NCBI GenBank assembly: GCA_017558165.1
Contig: JAFYWE010000193.1
Coordinates: 1-34,420, forward strand
DNA length: 34,420 bases
Source of the DNA: Bacteroidaceae bacterium
GTDB taxonomy: Bacteria > Bacteroidota > Bacteroidia > Bacteroidales > Bacteroidaceae
Reading direction: 5' to 3'
Positions within the stretch are counted from its first letter, which is position 1. Each line of letters starts with the position of its first letter. A program made the translations under genes and the position numbers. A model generated the notes under the pieces. It did not search any database and had not been told where the DNA came from. It saw only the letters and a program-made list of their open reading frames with translations. Below are positions 27,583 through 34,420 of this stretch, piece after piece.

Positions 27583-28383
27583 TTACTTTTTAGAGTTAAT
27601 GTAGTTGAACAGCAGCTCAATGTTTATGCGGCTCTCCTCGCCAGTAGTGTTCCGGCTGATTGAACAGCAGCCACCTAGACCCGGCTCCACATAAAGGGCA
27701 TCGGCCGGAGCATTCACCGTCACATCGAACCAATACTCCTTTTGTATATCACTCACGCTCCTGTCGAGCAATACAGCACGCTTGTCAAGAATCATTATAT
27801 GGTCGAGCAGGTTCTCCACATCCCTTACCTGGTGGGTGGAGATGATTATCGTGCGGTTCTCGTCCATTGCCGCGGCCACCATCTTGCGGAACTCGGCCTT
27901 GCTCGGGATGTCGAGTCCGTTGGTAGGCTCGTCAAGGAACAGATAATCGGTCCTGAGCGACAACGCCAGTGCAAGGATTGCCCTCTTGCGCTGTCCGAGC
28001 GACAACGATGTGAACTTGCGTGTCACGTCAATCTCGAACTCACCCAGCAGACGCGCGAAGAGCGCGGCATCATAGTTGGGATAGAACTGCGACACGCCGG
28101 CCGCGTAGTTCGCTATTGACATGTCCGGGCCATCGAAATCCTCGGGCACATAGAATATCTTCGACAGGAAGCTCGGCTTGCGCCCCGCAGGGGAACAACC
28201 GTCAATCTCAATGGTGCCCTGCTTTGTAGTGAGCAGACCACACAACAACTTGAACATGGTGCTCTTGCCTACACCGTTTGCGCCAAGCAGGCCATATATC
28301 CTGCCCTGCTCAAAGGTGGTGCTTATTGAATCGAGCACATTCACATTTGAATATGAAAACGATAGATTCCTTACCTCAATCAT
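27583..28383 (-). CDS. ABC transporter ATP-binding protein
   Basis: 266 aa with Walker A GANGVGKST, signature LSLGQRKR and Walker B LFLDEPTNGLD. Confidence 0.93.
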   Translation of the reverse strand: MIEVRNLSFSYSNVNVLDSISTTFEQGRIYGLLGANGVGKSTMFKLLCGLLTTKQGTIEIDGCSPAGRKPSFLSKIFYVPEDFDGPDMSIANYAAGVSQFYPNYDAALFARLLGEFEIDVTRKFTSLSLGQRKRAILALALSLRTDYLFLDEPTNGLDIPSKAEFRKMVAAAMDENRTIIISTHQVRDVENLLDHIMILDKRAVLLDRSVSDIQKEYWFDVTVNAPADALYVEPGLGGCCSISRNTTGEESRINIELLFNYINSKK

Positions 28384-28408
28384 AGCGTATTAGTTTAATA
28401 GTACACTG

Positions 28409-28441
28409 CAAATATAAAACACCGGTTTTGTACTTTCCAAA
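28409..28441 (-). promoter_or_regulatory. Candidate promoter of the ABC/permease/GntR/SPFH/rhodanese operon
   Basis: The minus strand reads TTTG (28441 to 28438), a 21-nt spacer, then TATATTTG (28416 to 28409), a perfect consensus. The ATG at 28383 lies 26 nt downstream. A 6-bp inverted repeat AGTACA/TGTACT (28400-28405 and 28429-28434) brackets the -7 box. Confidence 0.55.
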
Positions 28442-28445
28442 TAAA

Positions 28446-28479
28446 TTTGACTTTTTTTTCTAAAAATTGTGTATATTCG
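28446..28479 (+). promoter_or_regulatory. Candidate promoter of the GH20 gene
   Basis: TTTG (28446-28449), a 22-nt spacer, then TATATTCG (28472-28479; 1 mismatch). The spacer is slightly long. Confidence 0.35.
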
Positions 28480-28521
28480 CACCCGTAACTTGCAGTAACT
28501 GCGAACAAACAATTCATATAT

Positions 28522-30567
28522 ATGAGAAAGACCATCATCAGTGCATTGGCACTTTTATTTTTCTGCGCGTGCGCGCACGTACAGGAACCAGCTACAGTGG
28601 CTTGCGACCTGCTCCCTATGCCACAGAGTGTTGAACTGCAGAGCGGCCGTTTCGCCTTTGACGGCAATGTATCGCTTGAGATTGCAGCCGGCGAGGAGGA
28701 CAACAGGATCCTCACCGCATACCTGGCGGAATCGCCATTGGCATTCAGCGCCGACGGCAAGAAGAGCCTCAAGCTTGAGGTTGCCGCAGTAGAGGGCCTG
28801 ACATCACCCGAGGGCTACCGCCTTGAGGCTACCAAGGAGAACGTTAAGGTCACATCGCCGAGCGGTGCCGGACTCTTCTACGGCTTGCAGACAATACTGC
28901 AGCTTGTTGACGATAACGGTTCGATACCTACAGGCGTCATTACCGATGAGCCACAGCTCGCCTACCGTGGTATGATGCTCGACGTGAGCCGTCACTTCTT
29001 CGGCAAGGAGTTCGTGAAGAAGCAGATTGACGCCCTTGCACACTTCAAGATGAACCGTCTGCACCTGCACCTCACCGACGCTGCAGGCTGGCGCATCGAG
29101 ATAAAGAAATATCCACGCCTGACACAATTCGCCGCATGGCGCAGCAAACAGCTGTGGAAGGACTGGTGGTTCGGTGACCGTCTCTATGCCGAGGAGGGAA
29201 GCCCCGAGGCTCACGGCGGATACTACACACAGGACGACATCCGCGAGCTTGTACAGTACGCGGCCGACAGATACATCACCATCATCCCCGAGATTGAGAT
29301 GCCCGCACACAGCGAGGAGACACTCACCGCATACCCCGAGCTCTCATGTACACACGAACCCTACAAGCAGGCCGATTTCTGCGTAGGTAACGAGAAGACA
29401 TACGAGTTCCTTGAGAACGTGCTCACCGAGGTCATGGAGCTGTTCCCATCGAAGTACATCCACATCGGTGGCGACGAAGCCGGCAAGGCATCATGGCCCA
29501 GCTGCCCGTTGTGCCAGAAGCGCATGAAGGAGGAGAACCTGAGCGACGTGAACGAGCTGCAGAGCTACCTCATCCACCGCATCGAGAAGTTCGTGAACAG
29601 CAAGGGACGCCAGATCATCGGTTGGGACGAGATTCTTGACGGTGGCTTGGCACCTAACGCCACAGTGATGTCATGGAGAGGCACCGAGGGTGGCCTGGCA
29701 GCCGTGAACAGCGGCCACAAGGCAATCATGACCCCAGGCGGATACTGCTACCTTGACTCATACCAGGACGCCCCACATACACAGCCAATGGCGTTCGGCC
29801 CATACATGCCATTGCAGAAGGTATACTCATACAACCCCACCGAGGGCCTTGGCGAGGAGCAGGCAAAGCTCATCTACGGCGTACAGGGCAACCTTTGGGT
29901 AGAGTACATCCCCACCGAGGAGCTTGTGGAGTACATGATCTATCCACGAATACTCGCCATTGCCGAGATCGGATGGAGCAACCCCGTAGAGCGCGACTAT
30001 GACAATTTCAGGCAGAGAGCCATCAAGGCTGTCAACACACTGCGTGCAAAGGGCTACAACGCCTTTGACCTTGAGAACGAGTTCGGCCCACGTAAGGAGA
30101 CCCTCACCGATGCCGACCACCTTGCAAAGGGCAAAAGCGTGACATACGCACCTATGGCCGAGTTCAACGAGAGATACAACGCGGGCGGTGCCACAGCACT
30201 CACCGACGGTGTACGCGGTGGCTGGACATATACCGATGACAAGTGGCAGGGCTTCATCAGAAGAGGCGGTGTCGACGTGGTCATCGACCTTGGCGAGGAG
30301 AAGGAGATAAGCAGCGTGGCTGCCGACTTCATGCAGATGTGCATCCCCGAGGTATGGTTCCCAGCCGAGGTAGTCATCTCGGTATCAAGCGACAGCGTTG
30401 AGTTCAACGAGCTTGCACGCATCGAGCACGAGGTGGTACGTGACGAGGGCCTCTCATACAAGAACTACGGCTGGAGCGGAAAGAGCAACGCACGCTACAT
30501 CCGCTACCAGGCAAAGACCGGTCCACAGCGCGGCTGGTTGTTCACGGACGAAATCATCGTAGAATAA
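28522..30567 (+). CDS. GH20 beta-N-acetylhexosaminidase with a C-terminal discoidin (F5/8 type C)-like domain
   Basis: 681 aa with a signal/lipobox LLFFCAC. It has MLDVSRHF, LHLHLTDAAGWR and the catalytic HIGGDEA. The C-terminal ~150 aa resemble a carbohydrate-binding beta-sandwich. Confidence 0.93.
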   Translation: MRKTIISALALLFFCACAHVQEPATVACDLLPMPQSVELQSGRFAFDGNVSLEIAAGEEDNRILTAYLAESPLAFSADGKKSLKLEVAAVEGLTSPEGYRLEATKENVKVTSPSGAGLFYGLQTILQLVDDNGSIPTGVITDEPQLAYRGMMLDVSRHFFGKEFVKKQIDALAHFKMNRLHLHLTDAAGWRIEIKKYPRLTQFAAWRSKQLWKDWWFGDRLYAEEGSPEAHGGYYTQDDIRELVQYAADRYITIIPEIEMPAHSEETLTAYPELSCTHEPYKQADFCVGNEKTYEFLENVLTEVMELFPSKYIHIGGDEAGKASWPSCPLCQKRMKEENLSDVNELQSYLIHRIEKFVNSKGRQIIGWDEILDGGLAPNATVMSWRGTEGGLAAVNSGHKAIMTPGGYCYLDSYQDAPHTQPMAFGPYMPLQKVYSYNPTEGLGEEQAKLIYGVQGNLWVEYIPTEELVEYMIYPRILAIAEIGWSNPVERDYDNFRQRAIKAVNTLRAKGYNAFDLENEFGPRKETLTDADHLAKGKSVTYAPMAEFNERYNAGGATALTDGVRGGWTYTDDKWQGFIRRGGVDVVIDLGEEKEISSVAADFMQMCIPEVWFPAEVVISVSSDSVEFNELARIEHEVVRDEGLSYKNYGWSGKSNARYIRYQAKTGPQRGWLFTDEIIVE

Positions 30568-30571
30568 AACG

Positions 30572-30713
30572 GAAAACCGATAGGTTTCGATAATGCCAAC
30601 AGCAATAGGTCACACGCAGTGCAGACGCAGTTTGCACCGTGTGGGTTGCGACAAGTTGGCGTTATCAAAGCGGAAAAGTGAAAACCGATAGGTTTCGATA
30701 ATGCCAACAGCAA
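30572..30713. repeat. Perfect 34-bp direct repeat (108-bp period) flanking one copy of the E hairpin module
   Basis: GAAAACCGATAGGTTTCGATAATGCCAACAGCAA occurs at 30572-30605 and 30680-30713, each with an internal GAAACC/GGTTTC hairpin. The E module at 30600-30651 (CAGCAATAGGTCACACGCAG...CCGTGTGGGTTGCGA) matches 14880-14930. Confidence 0.85.
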
Positions 30714-30740
30714 AAATGAAACATGGGTCAACTGCTATAT

Positions 30741-30926
30741 TGTTACCTAAATAACGTGAGTTCGATATAAACTCATTAAACCGTGAATTTGTCATTCCGA
30801 CAGAGCGTAGCGACGAGGAATCTCAAAATATTGTGAGAAAAGAGATCTCTCACATACGTTCGAGATGACAAAACGCAATGAATATCAGTACGATTTCTTA
30901 TATCGAACTCAGGTTAAATATTAACA
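30741..30926. mobile_element. ~186-bp MITE-like nested palindromic element with no coding capacity
   Basis: The terminal inverted repeats have a perfect 14-bp core, TGAGTTCGATATAA (30757-30770) and TTATATCGAACTCA (30898-30911). The inner inverted arms are TTTGTCATTCCGAC...GAGGAATCTC (30788-30824) and GAGATCTCTCAC...CGAGATGACAAAA (30842-30873). Calling it a mobile element is an inference. Confidence 0.45.
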
Positions 30927-30953
30927 ACTAAGAAAACCTTAATTAAAAAACTT

Positions 30954-33900
30954 ATGAAACGAAAAGACTTTTTCAAGATCCTTCTGGCCATGGCAGTAGC
31001 ACTGCCGATGAGCCTTGGCGCACAGGTCACGGTAAACAGGGAGAAGTACCCCGACTACAGTGACGAGACAAACCCCGACTGGTCGCTCATGCAGTATGCA
31101 GGCCCATTGAAGAGCAGCGCGGCACGCACCGATGCTGTCCCTGCCGAGCAGCGTCCGGCATACGTGAACAACGCAGAACTCAAGTTCTTCCCTCCTGTAT
31201 TCAACCAGGACGGCGGTTCATGCGGTTCGGCATCACGTATCAGCTACATGTTCACATACGAGCTCAACGCCTACCGCGACCTCAACGGTAAGGTACCCGA
31301 GAACTACTACCCTTCGCACTTCGTATGGTTGCTCACCAACGGTAACTCGGGCAAGAACGAGTTCGTTACAAGCATTGGTGTGCCATCGGCAGCCACATAC
31401 GGCGGACAGACATACTCTTCACTTTTCGGCAACCAGGACTGCGAGGACAACAACTTCGGTTGGATGCAGGGCTACGACAAGTGGTTCGAGGCAATGCACA
31501 ACAGGATGCTCCCGCCAGCCAACTTCCCGTTGAATGTAGGCACCGAGGAGGGACGCGAGGCCGTGAAGAACTGGCTGTGGAACCACAACGGCGACACAAG
31601 CTTCAAGGCCGGCGGTATCTGCGGTATCGGTGTTGCCAGCAGCAACGGCGTGTACGACGGCAGGATTCCCAACACCGAGGCCAACAAGGCAGCCGGTGTA
31701 AACGGCAAGTACTACCTCAAGGCATGGGGTACACAGGTTGACCACGCCCTCACCATCGTGGGTTATGACGACCGCATCGAGTTCGACCTCGACGGCAACG
31801 GCGTTGCAGGTGAGGCCGACAAGGACGAGACAGGTGCCTGGATCATCGTGAACTCATGGGGCGAATGGTGGGGCAACAACGGCTTCATCTACCGCCCTTA
31901 TGCATATGGTGGCGCGTCATCGAACGAGGTCAACGGCCAGAAGGTGTTTGCCGGCAACTGGTGGGCACCCGAGATATACAAGGTAAGGAAGGACTACCGT
32001 CCATTGCGCACCATCAAGCTCAAGATGGAGTACTCACGCCGTAGCGAGATCAAGCTCTCGGCAGGTATCTCTACCGACATCAACGCAACAGCGCCCGACA
32101 ACGTAATCGCGTTCGAGCACTTCAAGTATGCCGGTGACGGTAACTACGGTAACACCAACCCGGCCCCCGAGGTACCTATGCTGGGACGTTGGGCCGACGG
32201 CAAGCTCCACAAGGAGCCGATGGAGTTCGGTTATGACCTCACCGACCTTAGCGCAGGCTACGACAAGAGCCAGCCATTGAAATACTTCTTCATTGTTGAG
32301 ACAAAGAGCTGGGCACAGGGTACAGGTAAGATCCACGAGGCATCGATCATCGACTACGAGCATGATCTCGACGGTGTAGAGACACCGTTCACCATTCCAT
32401 CGGAGGGTGTTACAGTGCAGAACGCCGGTGGCAAGACCATCATCTCGGTTGTAGTATACGGCGAGCCTTACTATGCTCCACAGAACGTTAGCCTTGCAGG
32501 CAACACTCTCGTATGGGAGGCACCCGTGAACGGCGGCAAGACCATCGGGAAGTACAACATCTACCAGGGCAGCACACTCGTAGGCAACGTGAATGCCGAC
32601 GTTACATCATACTCAATCCCCGAGACAACAAAGGTTGAGGGACAGTTCGGTATCACAGCCGTATACAGCGATGGCAACGAGTCACACATGACAACCGTTA
32701 CCGCACCTGTAGCCGAGGAAATCGAGAACAAGGCACTCAACCTCAAAGTATCGGGTATGGGCTTCCCGGGCATCTTCGACCAGAAGTACGAGAACGCCAC
32801 AATCGAGTTCTGGATCAAGCCTAACTCCGTAAAGGCATGGAACCAGAGCGCAGGACCGGGATGGGGCACATTCATGATGCACGCCGAGGCCAACGGTGGT
32901 TTCACCGTAGGTTGGGACACAAGCAACCGCTTGACAACCGGCGCATCGACCATGCAGGTAAACCGTTGGAGACACATTGCCGTTGTAGTAGAGGGCAACA
33001 CAATAACCGTATATGCCAATGGCGTGAAGAAGGGCTCTGTAAAATCGAACAGTTACAGTGGTATCGGCGGATTCGGCGAGTTCGTGTTCACCGCGACATC
33101 ATCGAACAACAACTACACCGACGGTAGCTTCGACGAGATCCGTTTCTGGGACAAGGCACGTACAGCGGCCGAGATCAAGGCAAGCTACCAGGCACAGTTC
33201 CACGGCGACCTCATGCCCGAGGGACTCATTGGCTACTACAAGGGCCAGCTCATCACCGTTGACGGCGAGGAGAAGCTGCGCGACTACGTCGGCGGCAACC
33301 ACGCACGCCTCCTCAACAGCAGCTACAGCCTTGACGACAGCAATGAGACATTCGGCAACAGCACAGCCGAGCTCTCGGCTACAATCAACGCCATCAACGG
33401 CAATGTATATGCAGGCACCCCCGTCACATTATCAGCGGCATACAGCGACGCTGCAAAGAAGCTCTACTGGAACATCGAGGACGCAGGCATAAGCAACCTC
33501 AGCGTCATCAAGCCGACAGTGACATTCAAGAACGCCGGTGAGCAGAAGGTCACAGTAACCGTTGAGGACAGCGAGGGCAGCAAGGCAACCGACGAGATCA
33601 CGGTGAACGTACTTGCCGAGAAGCCTATCGACGCTACATTCCACGCAAGCAAGGATCCAATCGTCATGGGCGAGAAGGTACACTTCATAGTTGACAACCC
33701 CGCATACGGCCAGCTCTACGAGTGGACATTCCCCGGCGCCGAGCAGGAGCACTTCACAGGCCTGCACGCAAGCGCAGTGTACAAGGCCAAGGGCAAGCAG
33801 GTTGCGACACTCAAGGTGACATCACTGACAAGCGGCAAGAGCGCGACATCGAGCCTCGACATACAGATTCTTGAGTCGGAGCCCGTTGCGGCATTCAGCA

Positions 33901-34420
33901 TCAACCCTGCAGTCATCCTCAAGGGCGAGAAGACCTACCTCAAGGACGAGTCTACATACAGCCCGTCGGCATGGGAGTGGATTGTCGAGAGCAGCAAGAA
34001 CTGCTATGTCATCAACGGACGCAACACCAGCTTCACCCCAACAGCGTGCGGTGTATATAATGTAACACTCAACGCAAGCAACGAGGTAGGTACAGGCAGC
34101 TACACACGCGAACGCGGACTCATCGTATGCAACGCCGACAGCAAGAACGGCCTCAGCTTCAGCGACCGTGATAATGCCAAGGTAACGGCAACCACAAACG
34201 GTTTCTCGGGCAAGAGAAGCATCATCACCGTCGAGTGGTGGATGTGCCCCGACGCCCTCAGCGACAACTGCCTTGGCCTTGGTGAATCGGCATCCACATT
34301 CATGATAAAGACCGACTCAAAGGGAGTAATGCACACCACCGTAAACAACTACACAGGCAAGAGTATGTCCAACTACGTTGTAGCCAACGAGTGGCACCAC
34401 TATGCGGTAATCATCAGCGA
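30954..34420 (+). CDS. Giant secreted multidomain protein: C1 (papain-like) cysteine peptidase, Fn3-like, LamG, three PKD-like and a second LamG domain. It is 3'-truncated by the window end.
   Basis: Not in the ORF track because it is open to the window end. The ATG at 30954 gives MKRKDFFKILLAMAVALPMSLGAQ (SPI signal). The papain-like triad context is NQDGGSCGSAS (Cys codon 31221-31223), VDHALTIVGYDD (His codon 31743-31745) and IIVNSWGEWWGNNGF. The LamG-like signature is RWRHIAVVVEGNTITVYANG...FDEIRFWDKARTAAEI. Three ~85-aa PKD-like repeats span about 33370-34130. Confidence 0.85.
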   Translation, partial: MKRKDFFKILLAMAVALPMSLGAQVTVNREKYPDYSDETNPDWSLMQYAGPLKSSAARTDAVPAEQRPAYVNNAELKFFPPVFNQDGGSCGSASRISYMFTYELNAYRDLNGKVPENYYPSHFVWLLTNGNSGKNEFVTSIGVPSAATYGGQTYSSLFGNQDCEDNNFGWMQGYDKWFEAMHNRMLPPANFPLNVGTEEGREAVKNWLWNHNGDTSFKAGGICGIGVASSNGVYDGRIPNTEANKAAGVNGKYYLKAWGTQVDHALTIVGYDDRIEFDLDGNGVAGEADKDETGAWIIVNSWGEWWGNNGFIYRPYAYGGASSNEVNGQKVFAGNWWAPEIYKVRKDYRPLRTIKLKMEYSRRSEIKLSAGISTDINATAPDNVIAFEHFKYAGDGNYGNTNPAPEVPMLGRWADGKLHKEPMEFGYDLTDLSAGYDKSQPLKYFFIVETKSWAQGTGKIHEASIIDYEHDLDGVETPFTIPSEGVTVQNAGGKTIISVVVYGEPYYAPQNVSLAGNTLVWEAPVNGGKTIGKYNIYQGSTLVGNVNADVTSYSIPETTKVEGQFGITAVYSDGNESHMTTVTAPVAEEIENKALNLKVSGMGFPGIFDQKYENATIEFWIKPNSVKAWNQSAGPGWGTFMMHAEANGGFTVGWDTSNRLTTGASTMQVNRWRHIAVVVEGNTITVYANGVKKGSVKSNSYSGIGGFGEFVFTATSSNNNYTDGSFDEIRFWDKARTAAEIKASYQAQFHGDLMPEGLIGYYKGQLITVDGEEKLRDYVGGNHARLLNSSYSLDDSNETFGNSTAELSATINAINGNVYAGTPVTLSAAYSDAAKKLYWNIEDAGISNLSVIKPTVTFKNAGEQKVTVTVEDSEGSKATDEITVNVLAEKPIDATFHASKDPIVMGEKVHFIVDNPAYGQLYEWTFPGAEQEHFTGLHASAVYKAKGKQVATLKVTSLTSGKSATSSLDIQILESEPVAAFSINPAVILKGEKTYLKDESTYSPSAWEWIVESSKNCYVINGRNTSFTPTACGVYNVTLNASNEVGTGSYTRERGLIVCNADSKNGLSFSDRDNAKVTATTNGFSGKRSIITVEWWMCPDALSDNCLGLGESASTFMIKTDSKGVMHTTVNNYTGKSMSNYVVANEWHHYAVIIS

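Noticed and set aside
30741-30926. A promoter-carrying inverton controlling the giant peptidase gene
   Set aside because: This is not fully excluded; see the findings. No TAnnTTTG -7 box occurs inside the element on either strand, and its interior is nearly self-complementary. A classic ON/OFF promoter flip is therefore not supported by the sequence alone.
1-34420. A defence island, prophage, ICE or other mobile genetic element spanning part of the window
   Set aside because: I recognised no integrase, transposase, relaxase, phage structural gene, restriction/modification gene, toxin-antitoxin pair, reverse transcriptase, cas gene or STAND/helicase-nuclease gene. No tRNA gene is present as an insertion site. 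The gene content is dominated by conserved housekeeping functions with uniform composition.

Overview
This window looks like a chromosomal, mostly core-genome segment of a Bacteroidales (Bacteroidota) bacterium. The supporting signs are about 50% GC, several Bacteroides-type TAnnTTTG -7 boxes with TTTG/TTG about 17-21 nt upstream, many lipobox or SPI signal peptides, and the conserved obg-adk-hpt and recF-DUF721 arrangements. I can support 30 protein-coding genes:
- obg (partial), adk, hpt
- a hypothetical lipoprotein, ffh, folD, and a CapA-like protein
- a tightly overlapped minus-strand operon: bifunctional nuclease, rsmE, truA, EamA, DUF3256-like
- a NupG-type nucleoside permease and recF-DUF721
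- a TPR protein and ribH
- perR and a reverse-type rubrerythrin
- a 1043-aa secreted CotH-domain protein
- an ABC-F ATPase, an M13 peptidase, and metA
- a five-gene operon: ABC ATPase, permease, YtrA-type GntR, SPFH, rhodanese
- a GH20 hexosaminidase
- the first ~1155 codons of a giant secreted C1-like cysteine peptidase with Fn3, LamG and PKD domains, which runs off the window end

I see no rRNA or tRNA genes, CRISPR array, integrase, transposase, reverse transcriptase or recognisable defence genes. I cannot point to a convincing new multi-gene system.

The least ordinary content is non-coding. A degenerate array reiterates the ribH 3' end and is interleaved with a second hairpin module. That second module recurs 16 kb away beside a 34-bp direct repeat with about 108-bp period. 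Two composite palindromic elements are built from a GTCATTC...GAATCTC module; one encloses three 44-bp tandem repeats upstream of metA, and the other sits just upstream of the giant peptidase gene. The CotH protein, the giant peptidase fusion and the ABC/GntR/SPFH/rhodanese operon are the most interesting coding items. All product calls rest on motif recognition from the translations, and no database search was possible.
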